From Scenedesmus sp. PABB004 (Eukaryota), in contig JABVCE010000003.1 of assembly GCA_014905635.1 (NCBI GenBank), positions 868,001 to 932,000 on the forward strand: a DNA stretch of 64,000 bases, given 5' to 3'. Numbering within the stretch: position 1 is the stretch's first letter; every line of letters begins with the position of its first letter. The translations under genes and the position numbers were made by a program. Positions 35,341 to 47,190 of this stretch are shown here, one piece after another. The notes under the pieces are model-generated. The model searched no databases, had not been told where the DNA came from, and saw only the letters and a list, made by a program, of their open reading frames with translations.

Positions 35341-37017
35341 GCGCTCGCCGCCGCCGCGCGCGTTGCGCGGCCGCTCGAGCGCGGCGCGGCAGTCGAGCAG
35401 CAGCGAGAGCCGGCCAAACTCGCCGCCCCCCGCGCCGCCGCCGCCCCGCATCGCCGCGCGGTACGTGGGCGAGCGGTTGCCGGCGTCCCACTCGCCGTCG
35501 CGCGCGGCGGCGCCGCCGTCGGGCGGGTGCGCGCCGCCGCCCGCCCGGCCCGCGCCCTCCAGCGCGGCCGCGGCGCGCGCGTGCAGGCGCCGGAAGAGCG
35601 ACTCGACGTCGGCGTAGCGGTGGCTGCCGCCCGCGACCTCCCGCCCCGTGAGCGGGTCCTCGAGCGCGAGTATGCCCGGCCGCGTGAACGCGGCGCCGAG
35701 CTGCGCGCGCGGCACGACGCCGCCGCGGCGCACCGCGACGGCCTGCGCCGCGCGGTCAAAGCGCCCGCCGCCGCGGCCGCCGCCGCCGCCAAAGCGGGAG
35801 AGGAACGAAAACAGCATCGCGCCGACATGGTCGACCTGGGCCCCCGCCGCGTCCTCCTCCAGCAGATGCGCGATGACCATGTTGGCCAGGGACCAGCTCC
35901 CCAGCCCGCCCGTCGCCACATCCGCGAGGCCGCGCTGCTTGAGGCAGCACTACGGCGCGGCGTGGGCAGGGGTGAGCGGGGCGGGCGTGCGCGGGGGGGC
36001 GCGGGCCGGCGGCGGGCCTCCGCGCCGGGCGTGCGGCGGCCCGGCGCGGTGCCGCACCTTCAGCACCAGGATGAGCGGCCGCACAGCGCTGAAGTCGTTT
36101 TGCTGCGGGCGGCAAAACCAGGCGCCGCGGGCGCGGCGGCGGAGGCCCCGGGTCGGCGCGGCGGGCGCGCGGGCCGGCGCGGCGGGCGCGCCGCGGCTCA
36201 CAAATGACGACAGGAAGCGCGCCGCGCGGATGCCGGCGTCATCGTTGAGGCTCACGTCCAGCTCCAGGCCCGACTGCAGCTGCAGCTTGAGCACCGGCAC
36301 ACGTGCGCGCGAGATGAGCTGGCTGCCCGCGACCGCGCCGGCGCCCAGGCGCTGCCCGTAGCAGACCGCGCGCTCGAGGCGGCGCAGGCAGCCCACGATG
36401 AGGTGGCGCTGCGCGTCGTCAAACGCCCCGGCGCCCGCGTTCGGCTCGGCGAGGCCTGCGGCGGCGGCGCGCGCGCGTGGGCGGCGCGCGCGCGTGGGCG
36501 GCGGGCGCGCCGCACGCAGGCGGCGGCGGGCGCGCCGCACACCCAGGAGCACGACGTCCATGTCCGAAGACCACAGCGCCATGCCCGCCGCGCCGCTGCC
36601 AAAGAGCGAGACCTGCAGCCGCCGCGCGTGCTCGGGCAGCGTCGACGACACGGCGCGCGAGAACGCCGCGAGCGTCTCGTCGCGCGCCCGCTGCTCCTCG
36701 GCGCTCGGAACAACCAGCTCCGCGAAGCGCGCCGCCTCCGCCTGTAGGCCGTCCAGCCACGCCGCAGCGGCTCGGTCGGCGTCGGTCGACGCCGGCAGCG
36801 CCGCGCGCTGCGGCTGCTGAGATGGCGGCTGCTGCTGGTGGTGGTGCTGCTGCTGCGGGTGGTGGTGCTGCTGCGGCGGCGCCGGCTCCTGGCGCTGCGC
36901 GGCCGCCCGCTGCGGCTGCTGCTGCGCGCCGTCGCCGCCCTCCTCGCCGGGCCGCGAGCGCTTCGCGGGCCTCGGGTTGGGCGTCTGGTGGCCCTGCGGC
37001 CAGGCCGCGGCGGCCAT
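35239..37017 (-). CDS. TRF4/PAPD5-like non-canonical poly(A) RNA polymerase (Pol-beta nucleotidyltransferase)
   Basis: VSLFGSGAAGMALWSSDMDVV (GS...DxD), ARVPVLKL...ELDVSLN (third Asp), RPLILVLK, LKQRGLADVATGGLGSWSLANM and LALEDP...REVAGGS. Confidence 0.88.
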
Positions 37018-37433
37018 CGAGCGGCGCGGCCGCGGCGGCGGCGGCGGGCGGCGGGCGGCGGGCGGCGAGCGGCGAGCGGTGGCGACGGGCAACGCGCTGG
37101 GAGGGAGATCGACTCGCTGTCAGACCGGGCGTGGAGCGGCGTTGTGCGCGCCGGCCGACGACGGCGCTGTGCCGCCGTCGCTGTGCCGCCGCAGCGCCCG
37201 CCGCGCTTTTGCGAAAGCCCTCTCCCTGGCCGCGCCTGTTCAGCCCATCGCCTCAGCCACCAACGAGAGCGCAGCCAAGCGTTCGCTCGCCGCCGCCGTT
37301 GCCGCGCCGCCCGCTTTGAGCGGCCGACAGCGCTCTCGCGCCGCCACCTGGAGCAGCGCTCGCGCCACGCGCACGCTTGCCACATCCCGCGCAGCCACCA
37401 GTGGCAGCGGGCGCGCGAGGCGCGCGGCGCGCG

Positions 37434-38381
37434 ATGGCGGCAGCAGCAGCGGCGGACGGCGGCGGCGCCGGCGGCGAGCCCGCGGCGTTCAGCCAGCTCC
37501 CCGCGCCGCCCGCGTTCTACAAGCTTTACGCCGCCGGCCCGGACGCGGGGCCGCCGCCGCCGGCGCCGGTCGCGGGCGAGATCCACGCGCTGGGCGAGGC
37601 GTTCAACACGGTGCGACCGCGCTGCTCGCCCGCCGGCTGCGCGGCCGCGCGCCGCCGCCCTGCTGCCGCTCGCCGCCGCGCCGAGCGGCGGGCGCCGCGC
37701 CGCACAGGACGAGCCGTTTGTGCCGCCGCTGGACGTGCCCCGGCTCTACGCCGTCGCGCCAGACGGCTCGATCGGTGCGCGCCAACGCGGCGGCGCCCCG
37801 CCGCGCCTGCCGGCGGCGCCGCGCCCACCCCGGTGCCACCCCGGCGCCGCGCCCGCGCCCGCAGCGATCAAGGCGGAGCTGCTGCGGCTGAACCAGGGGC
37901 TGCTGCTGCTGTTCCTCGAGCTGCTCGCGGTGCTGGCGTCGCAGCCGAGCGCGGCCGCGGCGGCGCTGAGTCAGATCGTGGTCGCGCTGCACAACATGGG
38001 GCACCTCATCAACCTCGCGCGCCCGCTGCAGGTGCCCCGCCGCGGCCCTTTGCCCGCGCCGCCACCCGGCCGGCGCGCCAGCAGCGGGGACGGCGAGGGC
38101 CCCGGCGCGGCGCGCTGCGCGGCCGGCCCCGCGCTGAGTTGCTGCTGCCGCCACACGCGCCGCGCCCGCAGGCCGAGGAGACGCTGAAGCACGCGCTGCG
38201 GTCGCAGATTGCCGAGAAGCAGGCGGCGCTCGAGGGCCTGCGCGCGGAGGCCGGCGACGCGCGGCGGCGCCTGCTCGAGCTCAGCGCGCAGCTCGCGGCG
38301 GTCGGCGGCGACGCCGCGGAGTCGCGGCCGGCTGGCGGTGCTGGAGGCGATGGCGGCGCAGCAGCGATGGAGGAGGGCTAG
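37434..38381 (+). CDS. MED7: Mediator complex subunit 7, 4 exons
   Basis: SQLPAPPAFYKLY, PPPPAPVAGEIHALGEAF, KAELLRLNQGLLLLFLELL and NMGHLINLARPLQ|AEETL match Med7 (PPPPxYxxF, NxHHLLNxxRPHQARETL). Confidence 0.9.
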   Translation: MAAAAAADGGGAGGEPAAFSQLPAPPAFYKLYAAGPDAGPPPPAPVAGEIHALGEAFNTVRPRCSPAGCAAARRRPAAARRRAERRAPRRTGRAVCAAAGRAPALRRRARRLDRCAPTRRRPAAPAGGAAPTPVPPRRRARARSDQGGAAAAEPGAAAAVPRAARGAGVAAERGRGGAESDRGRAAQHGAPHQPRAPAAGAPPRPFARAATRPARQQRGRRGPRRGALRGRPRAELLLPPHAPRPQAEETLKHALRSQIAEKQAALEGLRAEAGDARRRLLELSAQLAAVGGDAAESRPAGGAGGDGGAAAMEEG

Positions 38382-38752
38382 GAGGGGCTAGGAGGGGCCG
38401 GCCGGCAGCGTCACCGCCGCGGCGCGCGGCGCGCGCTGCAGCTGCAGCCGACACGCGCGGCGCGGACGGCAACCTGTCCGCACCTCGCCGCGACCGAGGG
38501 CGTCAGCCGTTCGAGAAGGCCGACGGTCATCCACGGTTGCGGACCGCGCGCGCATTCCCGGCCCTCGCGGCGCGCACGGCCACACCCGTACCCCGCCGAG
38601 CCGCCTGTGAGTCGCCGTAGCACCCCGCGCCTCACGCGACGCCTGCCGCCCCCTGCGGAGGCCCTCCGCGCCGTGCACGGCCTCTGCGCAACGGGCTCGG
38701 CAGCTGCGGCGCCCCGCGGCGTCTGCGGCGGCCGCGACGCCGGCGCGCCGCG

Positions 38753-41700
38753 ATGCCGTTCGTCACGGTCGCGGGGGATGACCTGGAGAACCCGGCCATC
38801 CGCAAACTCGGTGCGCCGGGTGCTGCTGCTGCTGGCCGGGTGCCTCCGCCCGCGCCGGCTCGGCGCGGCCGCCCCGGGGCGTGCCGCTGGCGCGTGAGGC
38901 GCGCAGCCTGATGCGTCGCCTCGTCGGCGGTCCCCGCAGGCCAGCCGAAGCACAGGCAGTTCAGCGAGGGCGACGACGCAGCGGAGCGCCGCTGCGGCTG
39001 CGCCTTCCTGCGGAAGGGCTGGTTCTGGGCGTGCGTGCTGGTCACCATCGCCGTATGCGTGAGTGGGGTGGTGCCGCAGCAGCGCTGCCGCTGCTGCGGA
39101 CAAAAGAAAATTCACGCGCGCGCGGCCGGGCCACCGGCGCAGGTGGCGGCGCCGATCGGCGTGCGCACAACGCAGCGCCTCAACGCCCCGGTCACCGAGG
39201 TGCCGCGCTACAAGTTCAACACGGGCCTCAACGTGGGCCTCAACACCAGCACAACGGGCGAGTTCAACGCGACCGCGGGGCTCGGCGCGCCCAACCAGAC
39301 GCTCACCTGCAAGATGGTCGCCGCAGACTTCCCGACAGGTCGGGCGGCGCCGCCGCCGCCCCCGGGCACGGCAGCGGCCACGCCGGCTCGCCCGCTGACG
39401 GCCCTTGGCGAACGCCGCCGCCCGCCGCCCACGCAGCGCCGCTGCCGGCCGGCGCGCCGCCGCCGCCGCTCAAGGTCAGCGGCGGCAAGCTGGTCACCCC
39501 GGACGGCAAGGAGGCGCAGCTGCACGGAGTCAACTGGTGCGCGGGCGCGGCGCGCACGCGCGCGCGGCGGCCGCCAGCACCGGCAGCGGCGCCGACGTGC
39601 GTGCGCGCCGACCCGCCCGCCGCCGGTCACGCGCCCGCCGCCGGTCAAACCCAGGCCTGGGTTTGACCGCGGCAAGACCATGGTCGACGGCCTCGACGCC
39701 GGGGCGGCGCCGTCGTGGGAGGGCGGCGACTTTGCGACGGTCGTGCACACGCTGCGCCTGCTGGGGTTTAACGCTGTGCGGCTGCCCTTCCTCTTCACCG
39801 ACCTGCTCAGCCTGCCGCCCCAGGTGCGGCGGCGGCGGCGTTATCTGTCGCTGTCATTTGACGACACCACACAAACGCTGAGCCGAGCAGCATTGTTGCT
39901 GCCAGCGCGCGGCCCGGCGCGCGGAGTGCGGGGCGCCGAGCGCGCTGCGCCCGCCGCTGCCCCGCGGCCGGCCGCGCGCGCAGGACTACTCCAAGCCCTG
40001 CCCCGCGGCCGCGCCCACCGCGGCGGCGCTCGCGGCGCGCGCGACGGCGCCGGGCGACAAGCCGGACGCGGCGCCGCCCAAGTTTGCGGCGCCGCCGGGC
40101 TCCGCGCCGGCGCGCTGCAACGCGTACGTCCCCAACGACGGCTCCACGCTCTCCCGCTTCCTCTGGGTCGTGCAGTTCCTGGTCGGCCAGGGCTTCTACG
40201 TGGTGGTGCGCCCGTGGCGGCGGCCCCGCGCATGCGCGCGAGCGCGGCGAGCGCGCGCGGCGCGCAGCGAGCGGCAGCGGCCGCCCGAGCCGGCGGCGCC
40301 GCCGCGCCCGGCGCAGGTTGACTACCATCCGCACGGCACCGACCTCGAGCTGGGCGTGGTGGACAGCGTGGACGCGTACGTCGCCGCGTGGCGGCGCGTG
40401 TGGATGTCGCTGACCTGCCTCCCCGCGTGGCAGACGCAGCTCGCGGGCCGCGTCTTCGCGGTGCGCGCCGCGCCGCGCCGTGCGCCTCCGGGCGCCCCGG
40501 CCCCCCTCGGGCGGCGCCGCCGCCGCCGCGCCGTCGCCTCGGCCCTTGAACCGCCGCGGCCCTTGAACCGCCGCGGCGCCCGCAGGACCTGCTGAACGAG
40601 CCCGACGCGCTCGGCCTCGCGTGGGGCGGCGCCAGCGGCGGCGAGGGCCGCGCGCCGCTCGAGGCGTACTACCTGCGCGCGATGGACGCGCTCAACGCCG
40701 CGGCGCCGGGGCAGGGGCTGTTCTTCGTGCAAGGCGGCGGCCAGGCCAAGGTGAGGCGCCGCGGCGCGGCGATGCGCGGGGGCACGCGGCACGCGGGCGC
40801 GCGCTGCGCGGCTGGCCGGCGCGGCGCCGCCGACGCCGCCGCCGACACCGCCGCCGCCGCCGCGCGGTAGCTCGGGACGGCGTGGGGCGACGGCTTCACG
40901 ACCGACCCCAAGTGGGTCGCGGAGCGGGGGCTCGCCGACGCGACGCCGTTCTTTGTCAACCTGACGGCCAAGCCCTACGCGGGGCAGGTCGTGCTGGCGC
41001 CGCACCTCTACGGCGCGAGCGTGACGCAGAGCCCCGACACGGGCGACGCGCAGTGGCAGAAGTACGCGGCGAGCTGGTGCGGCGGCGGCCGGGGCGCGCC
41101 CGCGCACGCGCACGCGCGCTGCGCCGTGCGCGGCGCCGCCGCGGCGCCGCCGCCGCGCGCCGCGGGTGCCGCCGGCCGCCGCGCCCCGCGCCCGCCCGGC
41201 TCGCGCGCGGTGCCCCAACCCGCCCCCTCCCACGCCTCGCCTCGCTCGCTGCGCAGGGGCCACCTGCAGAGCACGGGCTTCTGCAGCGCCAACGCCACCG
41301 CCGCCGCCAACGCCACCGGCGCCAACGCCACGGCCGCCGGCTGCGCGCGCTTCCCGGTCGTCGCGGGCGAGGTGGGGAGCAGCCTCGCCGACCCGCGGGA
41401 CGAGCAGTACTACGCTGACCTGGCGCACTTCATGGCCCGCGCGCCCGCGGTCGGCGCCCACGACGGCGTGCCGTTCAGCAGCTGGTTCTGGTGGGCGTAC
41501 AACGCGAGTGAGTCGCGGCGGCGGCGCGGGGCGCGGGGCGGCCCATGGACCAGGGCCGCGCCCGCGCGGCGGCCGGGCCGGCCGGCCCGGCCGGCCCCTG
41601 CAGCGCGCCGCGCGCGCCGCGCGCTGAGCCGCCTCCGCGGGGCGCCGCGCAGACTCGGGCGACGCGGGCGGCCTCGTGGGCGACGACGGGCGGACGCTGG

Positions 41701-41762
41701 ACTGGAAGAAGCTTGCGTGGCTGCAGGACAACCTGGGGCTGCGGCCCTGGTACGCCAAGTGA
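38753..41762 (+). CDS. Glycoside hydrolase family 5 (endoglucanase-like) with N-terminal membrane anchor, multi-exon
   Basis: LHGVNW, LGFNAVRLPF, VDYHP, DLLNEP (acid/base Glu), APHLYG, PVVAGEVGS (nucleophile Glu), WFWWAYNA and LRPWYAK*. N-terminal exons give GWFWACVLVTIAVC|VAAPIGV. Confidence 0.88.
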
Positions 41763-42544
41763 GGGCCTCACTTCGCCGCGGGCGGCGCGGGCGGCGCCGC
41801 CCGCGCGGGCGCGCGCTGCAGGCGCAGCGCGCGCCGCGCGTGGGCGCGCCCCCGCACGGCCCGCGGCGCACCCAACGCACGGACGCTGTGGGAACGCTGT
41901 TGGGAGGCCATTGAGCGCGGGCGGCGGCGTGAGAGAGACGGCCGGGGGGTGATCTCGCACTGACCTGCAGGATGGCAGCATGGCACGCGAGCGTCGCGCG
42001 CGAGGCCATCTGCGGCTGGCTGCTGCGCTGTGCCAGCGGCGCACGCCTCGACCAGCGGGACTCGCTCCGAGGTAACCGCACTCCGACGTTCTTGCCTGTG
42101 CACCACCACGCCTGTGCCCGGCCCGCCCACCGCCCACCGCCCACCGCCGCCGCCCGACGGCGGCGCAAACAACCACCACCAGCAGCGCGCGCGCGCGCAG
42201 CCTGTTGTACAAGGGCCGTCGCTGCCGGCGGCAACGCCCCCGCGCTGCAAAGCGCCCCCCGCCCCCTGCCCATCCCGCGCTCGCTGCCCTGTGCCCTGCT
42301 GGGCCCTGCGCGCGCAGCGTGCATGTGCCTGCTCTGCCGCCTCCCACCCCATTGCCCCACACGCGGCGCACACGCTCTGCCCTCACACGCCCAAGGAGAA
42401 AAAAGCCCCTGCAACCGTGATCGCGCGCCCCGGCGGCGCGGCCGCCGCCGCGCAGCCCCCTCCCCGCCGCCGGGCCCGTCACGCCTCGTCCGCGCGGGGC
42501 GGGGCGGGGCGCTCACAGCTCACAGCCCACAGCGCGGAGCGCGC

Positions 42545-45500
42545 TCACAGCTCGTACGCGAGCAGCGCGTCGCTGGTGCCCTCGCCGCGCGCGATGGCAC
42601 CCCAGTCCATGACCAGGGCGTCAAAGCGCCCCCGCGGCAGCGGCGGCGACCGCAGCGCGCACTTGGCAAACGCCTCGCAGTCGCCCGGCTTGAGCAGCCC
42701 CGCCGCCATGCCTGCGCGCGGCGCGGCGCGGGCACGCGCAGGGTGAGGGTGAGGAGGGCGGCGCGAGGGAGGGCGGCGTGCGGCGGGGCGGGGCGTGGCG
42801 GCCGGCAGGGCGCGCGGGGGAGCGCGCGCCCAGCGCGCCTGGGAGGTCCTGCGCCTGCAGGGCCGCGAGCAGCCACGCGCGCCCCGCGTCGCCGCTGACG
42901 CGAGGCTGCAGCAGCTGGAACAGCACGCCCGCCAGCGCGCGCAGCAGCTGCCGCGGCGCCGTGTCGGCAGCGCCCAGCACGAGCACGCGCGCCAGCCGCT
43001 CGCCGTGCTCCGCGAGGCACGACTGCAGCGCGCCCGCGGCCGCCGCGGCGGCGGCGCCGTCCGACCCGGGCGCCGGCGCGCCGCCGCCCGCCACGGCGGC
43101 GGCCGCCGCCGCCTCCTCGCACGCCTTGCCCGCCGCCGCGAGCAGGTGGGCCAGGAAGCCGAGCGCCGCGCCCGCGGGCTCCTTCTCGCGCAGCGCCGCG
43201 CCCGCGACCGCCCACTGGAACAGCTGCGGCAGCGCCGCGCCGCCGAGCAGCAGCGCGCGCGCAAACACGAGCTGCGCGTCGCCGAGCGCGAGCAGCGCGC
43301 GCAGGAGGTCGCCCGAGCCCGACAGCGGCTGCCCAGCTGACAGCCGCTGCATGAGAATCGCGCCGGCCTCGCGCGCGGAGCCTGCCGCGGGCGCGGCGCG
43401 GCGCGGAACGGCGCGTCGGCGGCGGCGCAAGCACTGGTGGCGCGGCGCGGCGCGGCTGCGCGGCGGTGACGCGGTGCGTGGGCACGCGTGGCGGCCCACC
43501 TTCGAACGCCGCCTGCTGCGCCGCCGCGACGTCGGGCGCGCCCCGGACCTCGCCGAAGACTTCAGTGATTGTCGACAGCACGTCGAGGCACGCGGGCTGC
43601 TGCGTGGCCGCAAAGAGCCCCGCCACGCCGCCCAGCAGCGTGGTGAGCAGCGGCTTGGCTGCGCCGCGCGCCGTCTGCACCGCGCGCTGCGGCACGGGCG
43701 GGCGGCGCGGGCGGGCGGCGCAGGCGGGCGGCGCGGGCGGGCGGCGCGGGCAGGGGGCGGGTCGTTAAAGCCGCGCGCGTGGCGCGGCGCCGTGCGGCGC
43801 CGCTCGCCGCCGCCGCCGCACCTTGTGCAGCTCGCACAGCGCCTCGACGACGCCGCGGTCCTGCCGGCACACGGGCGCCTCCGCGACCGCGGAGAGCATG
43901 GGCCAGGCCGCCTCGAGCAGCCTCATCGCGGGGTGCGGCAGGCCCTGGCTGCTCACAGCGGCGGCCGCGGCGGCGGGCCCCGGCAGCGGCGGGGGCTGGC
44001 CGGGGAACTCCATGCAACGGATGAGGCCCGCCATGAGCCGTAACTCGTCCGCGAGGCGCAGCAGCAGCGCCTTGGCCGCGGCGCCGCCGCCCGCCGCGGT
44101 CGCGCTGCCGTGGCCGATGATCGCGGCGCCGCGCGCGAGGTGCGGCGCCTGCAGGCTCAGCGCGGCCTCGGTCGCGTCGGCCGGCGGCAGCAGCGTGACG
44201 ACGCGGGCGAGGCCGTCGAGCACGGCCTGGCGGTCCTCCAGCGCGAGCGCCGCGTCGCCCGCGACCTGCCCCGGCGGCGGCGGCGGCGCGACGGCCGCCG
44301 CCGCGACGCCCGCGAGGCCCGCGATCACCGGCGCGCTCGCGAGCCGCGGCGCGCACCGCACGCACAGCAGCTTGAAGCCGCCCGCGGCCGCGTGCGCGCT
44401 GACGGGCGAGCCGAGGCCGTGCAGCAGCAGGCGCAGCGCGCCCTCGAGCGGCGCGGCGGGCGTGGCCTCAAACCACGGCGCGTATGCGCCGACGAGCGCC
44501 GCCGCGGTCGCGCACGCGTGTGGGCTGCCCATCGCGCCCGCGCCGCGGCCGCCGGGGCTGCACAGGTCGTCCATGATCGCCTGCAGCGCCGCGCCGTTGG
44601 CCGCCGCGTCGGCGTGGCGGCCGGGCGGCGCGCTGAGCTGCGCCTTGAGCGGCGCCGCGACGGCCTTGAGCCCGAACAGCGCGCCCTCCGCGGCCTGCCA
44701 GCTGCCCGCCGACGCGACGCCGTCGCGCACGGCCGACAGGAAGGCCGGCCCGGTCATCATGAACGCGCTCTCCAGCAGCTCGCCGAGGCTCTGCTCCCGG
44801 AACCTGGCGGGCGGCGCGGGCGACGGATGGGGCGGTGGGCGCGGCGGCCGCGCGCGGCGACGGAGTTGCGCCGCGGGCCGCGTGTTGCGCTCCGCGCGCC
44901 GCGTCGCCGCGCCGCCGCGCCGCCGCGCCGCGCCTGTGGAACGCCTCTTCGTCGTCGTCGAGCTCCTCGTTCCAGCTCACAAAGCCGGGCGGGTGGCACG
45001 CGTGCTGCGACAGCAGCGGCCCCAGCAGCGACGTGAAGAGCGGCGCGAGCATCTGCGGGTGCCGCGCCTCCGCGGGGAGCGTGTTGACGGCCAGAAAGTA
45101 GTCCACGCCCGCCTCGCACACGCCGCGCTCGGGGCGCGACAGCGCGTGCAGCATCAGCTCCGCCAGCGGCAGCACGTGCGCGCCGCCGCCGCCGTGCGCG
45201 GCGGCGGCGCCACCGCAGCCGTTGGCGGTGCCGCCGCCGCCGCCGCCGCTGCCGCCGCCGGCGCGCCCGCACACGACCTCAGCGTCGCGCTGCGCGAGCG
45301 CCGACGCGACGGCCGCGACCGCGCGCGCGACGCCCGCGCCGGCGGGCCCCGGGCGCAGCGCGGCGTCGCGCAGTGCGAGCAGGGCGCCCATCGCCGCCTC
45401 CAGCGCGGCGCGCTCCTGCGCGGCGTCCGTGCCGTACGTGCCGGGGCCGAGCACCTCGCACAGCAGCTCCGTCGCGAGGCACTCGATGCGCTCCGCGGTG

Positions 45501-46719
45501 ACCGCCTCGGTCGCGGTCGCGCCCAGGAGCGAGAACAGGCAGCGCAGCAGCGCGGGGTGCGCGGCCGCGAGCTGCCCCGGCGACAGCCGCGCCGTCGCGC
45601 CGGGGTCCGCGCTCAGGCGCAGCCAGCCCTGCAGGCACAGCAGCGCGCCGTGGACCAGGCCGTAGTTGCCTGCGGCGCCGCGGCGCGGGTGGCGGCGGCG
45701 GCGCCGGGCGCGCGTCGGCGGGCCGCGCTCCTCGCCCTCGCGCTGCCGCCGCGGTCGCCGCCAACGCCGCGGCCGCGTCTGCCGTGGGCGGCCCCGGCGC
45801 CGCCGCACCCGCCGCCAGCTGCTCCGGGATGAAGCCGGCGGCGAGGGCGGCGATGTCTGCCCACTGCGGCGCCGTCGCGGCGACCAGCTCCGCGCGCCGC
45901 GCCTTGTCCAGGTTGTGCACCTCCTCCGCCAGCGCGGTCAGCATGCTCAGCGCGCACTCGGACATCTGCGGCCAGGCGCAGCGACCGGCAGCGTCGGCGC
46001 GCGGGCGGGCGGGCATGCGGCCGCGGCGCGCCCGGCCCCGTCCGCGCGGGACGCTGCGCTGGTGCCGAGCCGCCGCCGCCGCCGCCGCGGCCAATGCTAG
46101 CGCTGCCGCCACGGGCCGCACTCACCCCGTCCCCGCCGCCGGCGCCGCTGACCATGCCCACGCACTGCCCCGCAAGCGCCGCCGCGCCGGCCGCCCCCGA
46201 CAGCGCCGCCACCGCCGCCAGCAGCAGCCCCAGGCGCTGCAGCGCGAGCTTGGCTTGCGGCACGCCCACAAATCGCTGGAACGCGGCGCTGCGCGGGGGC
46301 GCGGCCGCGCGCCGGCCGCCCGTTGGCCGTGCCGCCCGTGCGTGCGCGTGCGCGCTGCCGCCGCCGGCGCCGCCGCCAGCCAGGCGTGCAGCCCCCGCTA
46401 CGCCGGCCGGCCCGCATGCGCAGCATCGGCGCGCCGCAACCGCCGCCGCCGCCGCGCACCTGATCATGCCGCTCAGCTGCGCCTGCTGATCGCCCGGGAG
46501 CTTGTGCCACTCGGCGCGGACCTTGGAGAGCAGCATGTTGGCGCAGAAGAACGCCACCTCGGGCGGCTCGCTCGGCGCCAGCAGGCCGAGGCAGGCCGCC
46601 CAGGCGTCGGGGCTGCGCGCAAAGGCATTCAACCACGTGTTGGCCGCGCTCTGCGCCGCCCCGGCAGAGCCGTAGAGGCTCTGCACCGCGCTGCGGAGCT
46701 CTGCTGCGGAGGCCGCCAT
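42545..46719 (-). CDS. Importin-beta family karyopherin (importin-13/transportin-SR-like), multi-exon
   Basis: AVQSLYG...AANTWLNAFARSPDAW...EVAFFCANMLLSKVR, LTALAEEV, LLCLQGWL, DDEEAFHRFREQ and SWQAAEGALFGL; helical HEAT-like composition. Confidence 0.85.
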
Positions 46720-47190
46720 CGCCCCGCGATGGCGCCCGCCCCCGCGCCGGATCGCGACGGGCGCCCGCCGCCAGGCCGGCACACGCAGCTGGACGCTGAT
46801 CTATGCAACGTGTGAGCGAGCCGTGGTCCCGCGATCAAACCGGGCTGCCGCGCGGCGCCGGCGGCCGGCGGCCACCCGTGCGCGCGCGCTCTGCCTGCCT
46901 GCTGGCGCTGCCTGCCCCGCGGGGGCCCTGGAAGTTCGCTGACAGCGCTTGCGGAGAGCCGCGCCCGCTGGACGCCACGCGACGAGCGGGCGCGACGCAG
47001 CGGCGCAACGGCGGCGGCACAACGGCGGCGTCCCGAATCCGCTCGCCGGCCGGCGGGCGCTCGCCGCCACCGTGTCAGCTGCGTCGAGCCTCGTGCGCAC
47101 ACCCAGGCGCACGCTGACGGCGCAGAGGCCCGGCTCGCATGCGAAACCATCGCCTCGCGCCCTGAGGGGCCGCCTGGAGGCGCTGACGCG

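Noticed and set aside
4566..37017. SKI2 plus TRF4-like polymerase as an RNA-surveillance cluster
   Set aside because: They are about 22 kb apart with seven unrelated genes between, and act in different exosome cofactor complexes. Chance linkage is sufficient.
39460..41762. GH5 as a recent bacterial horizontal transfer
   Set aside because: It has many host-style introns and host-like composition. Any transfer would be ancient and cannot be shown without a phylogeny.
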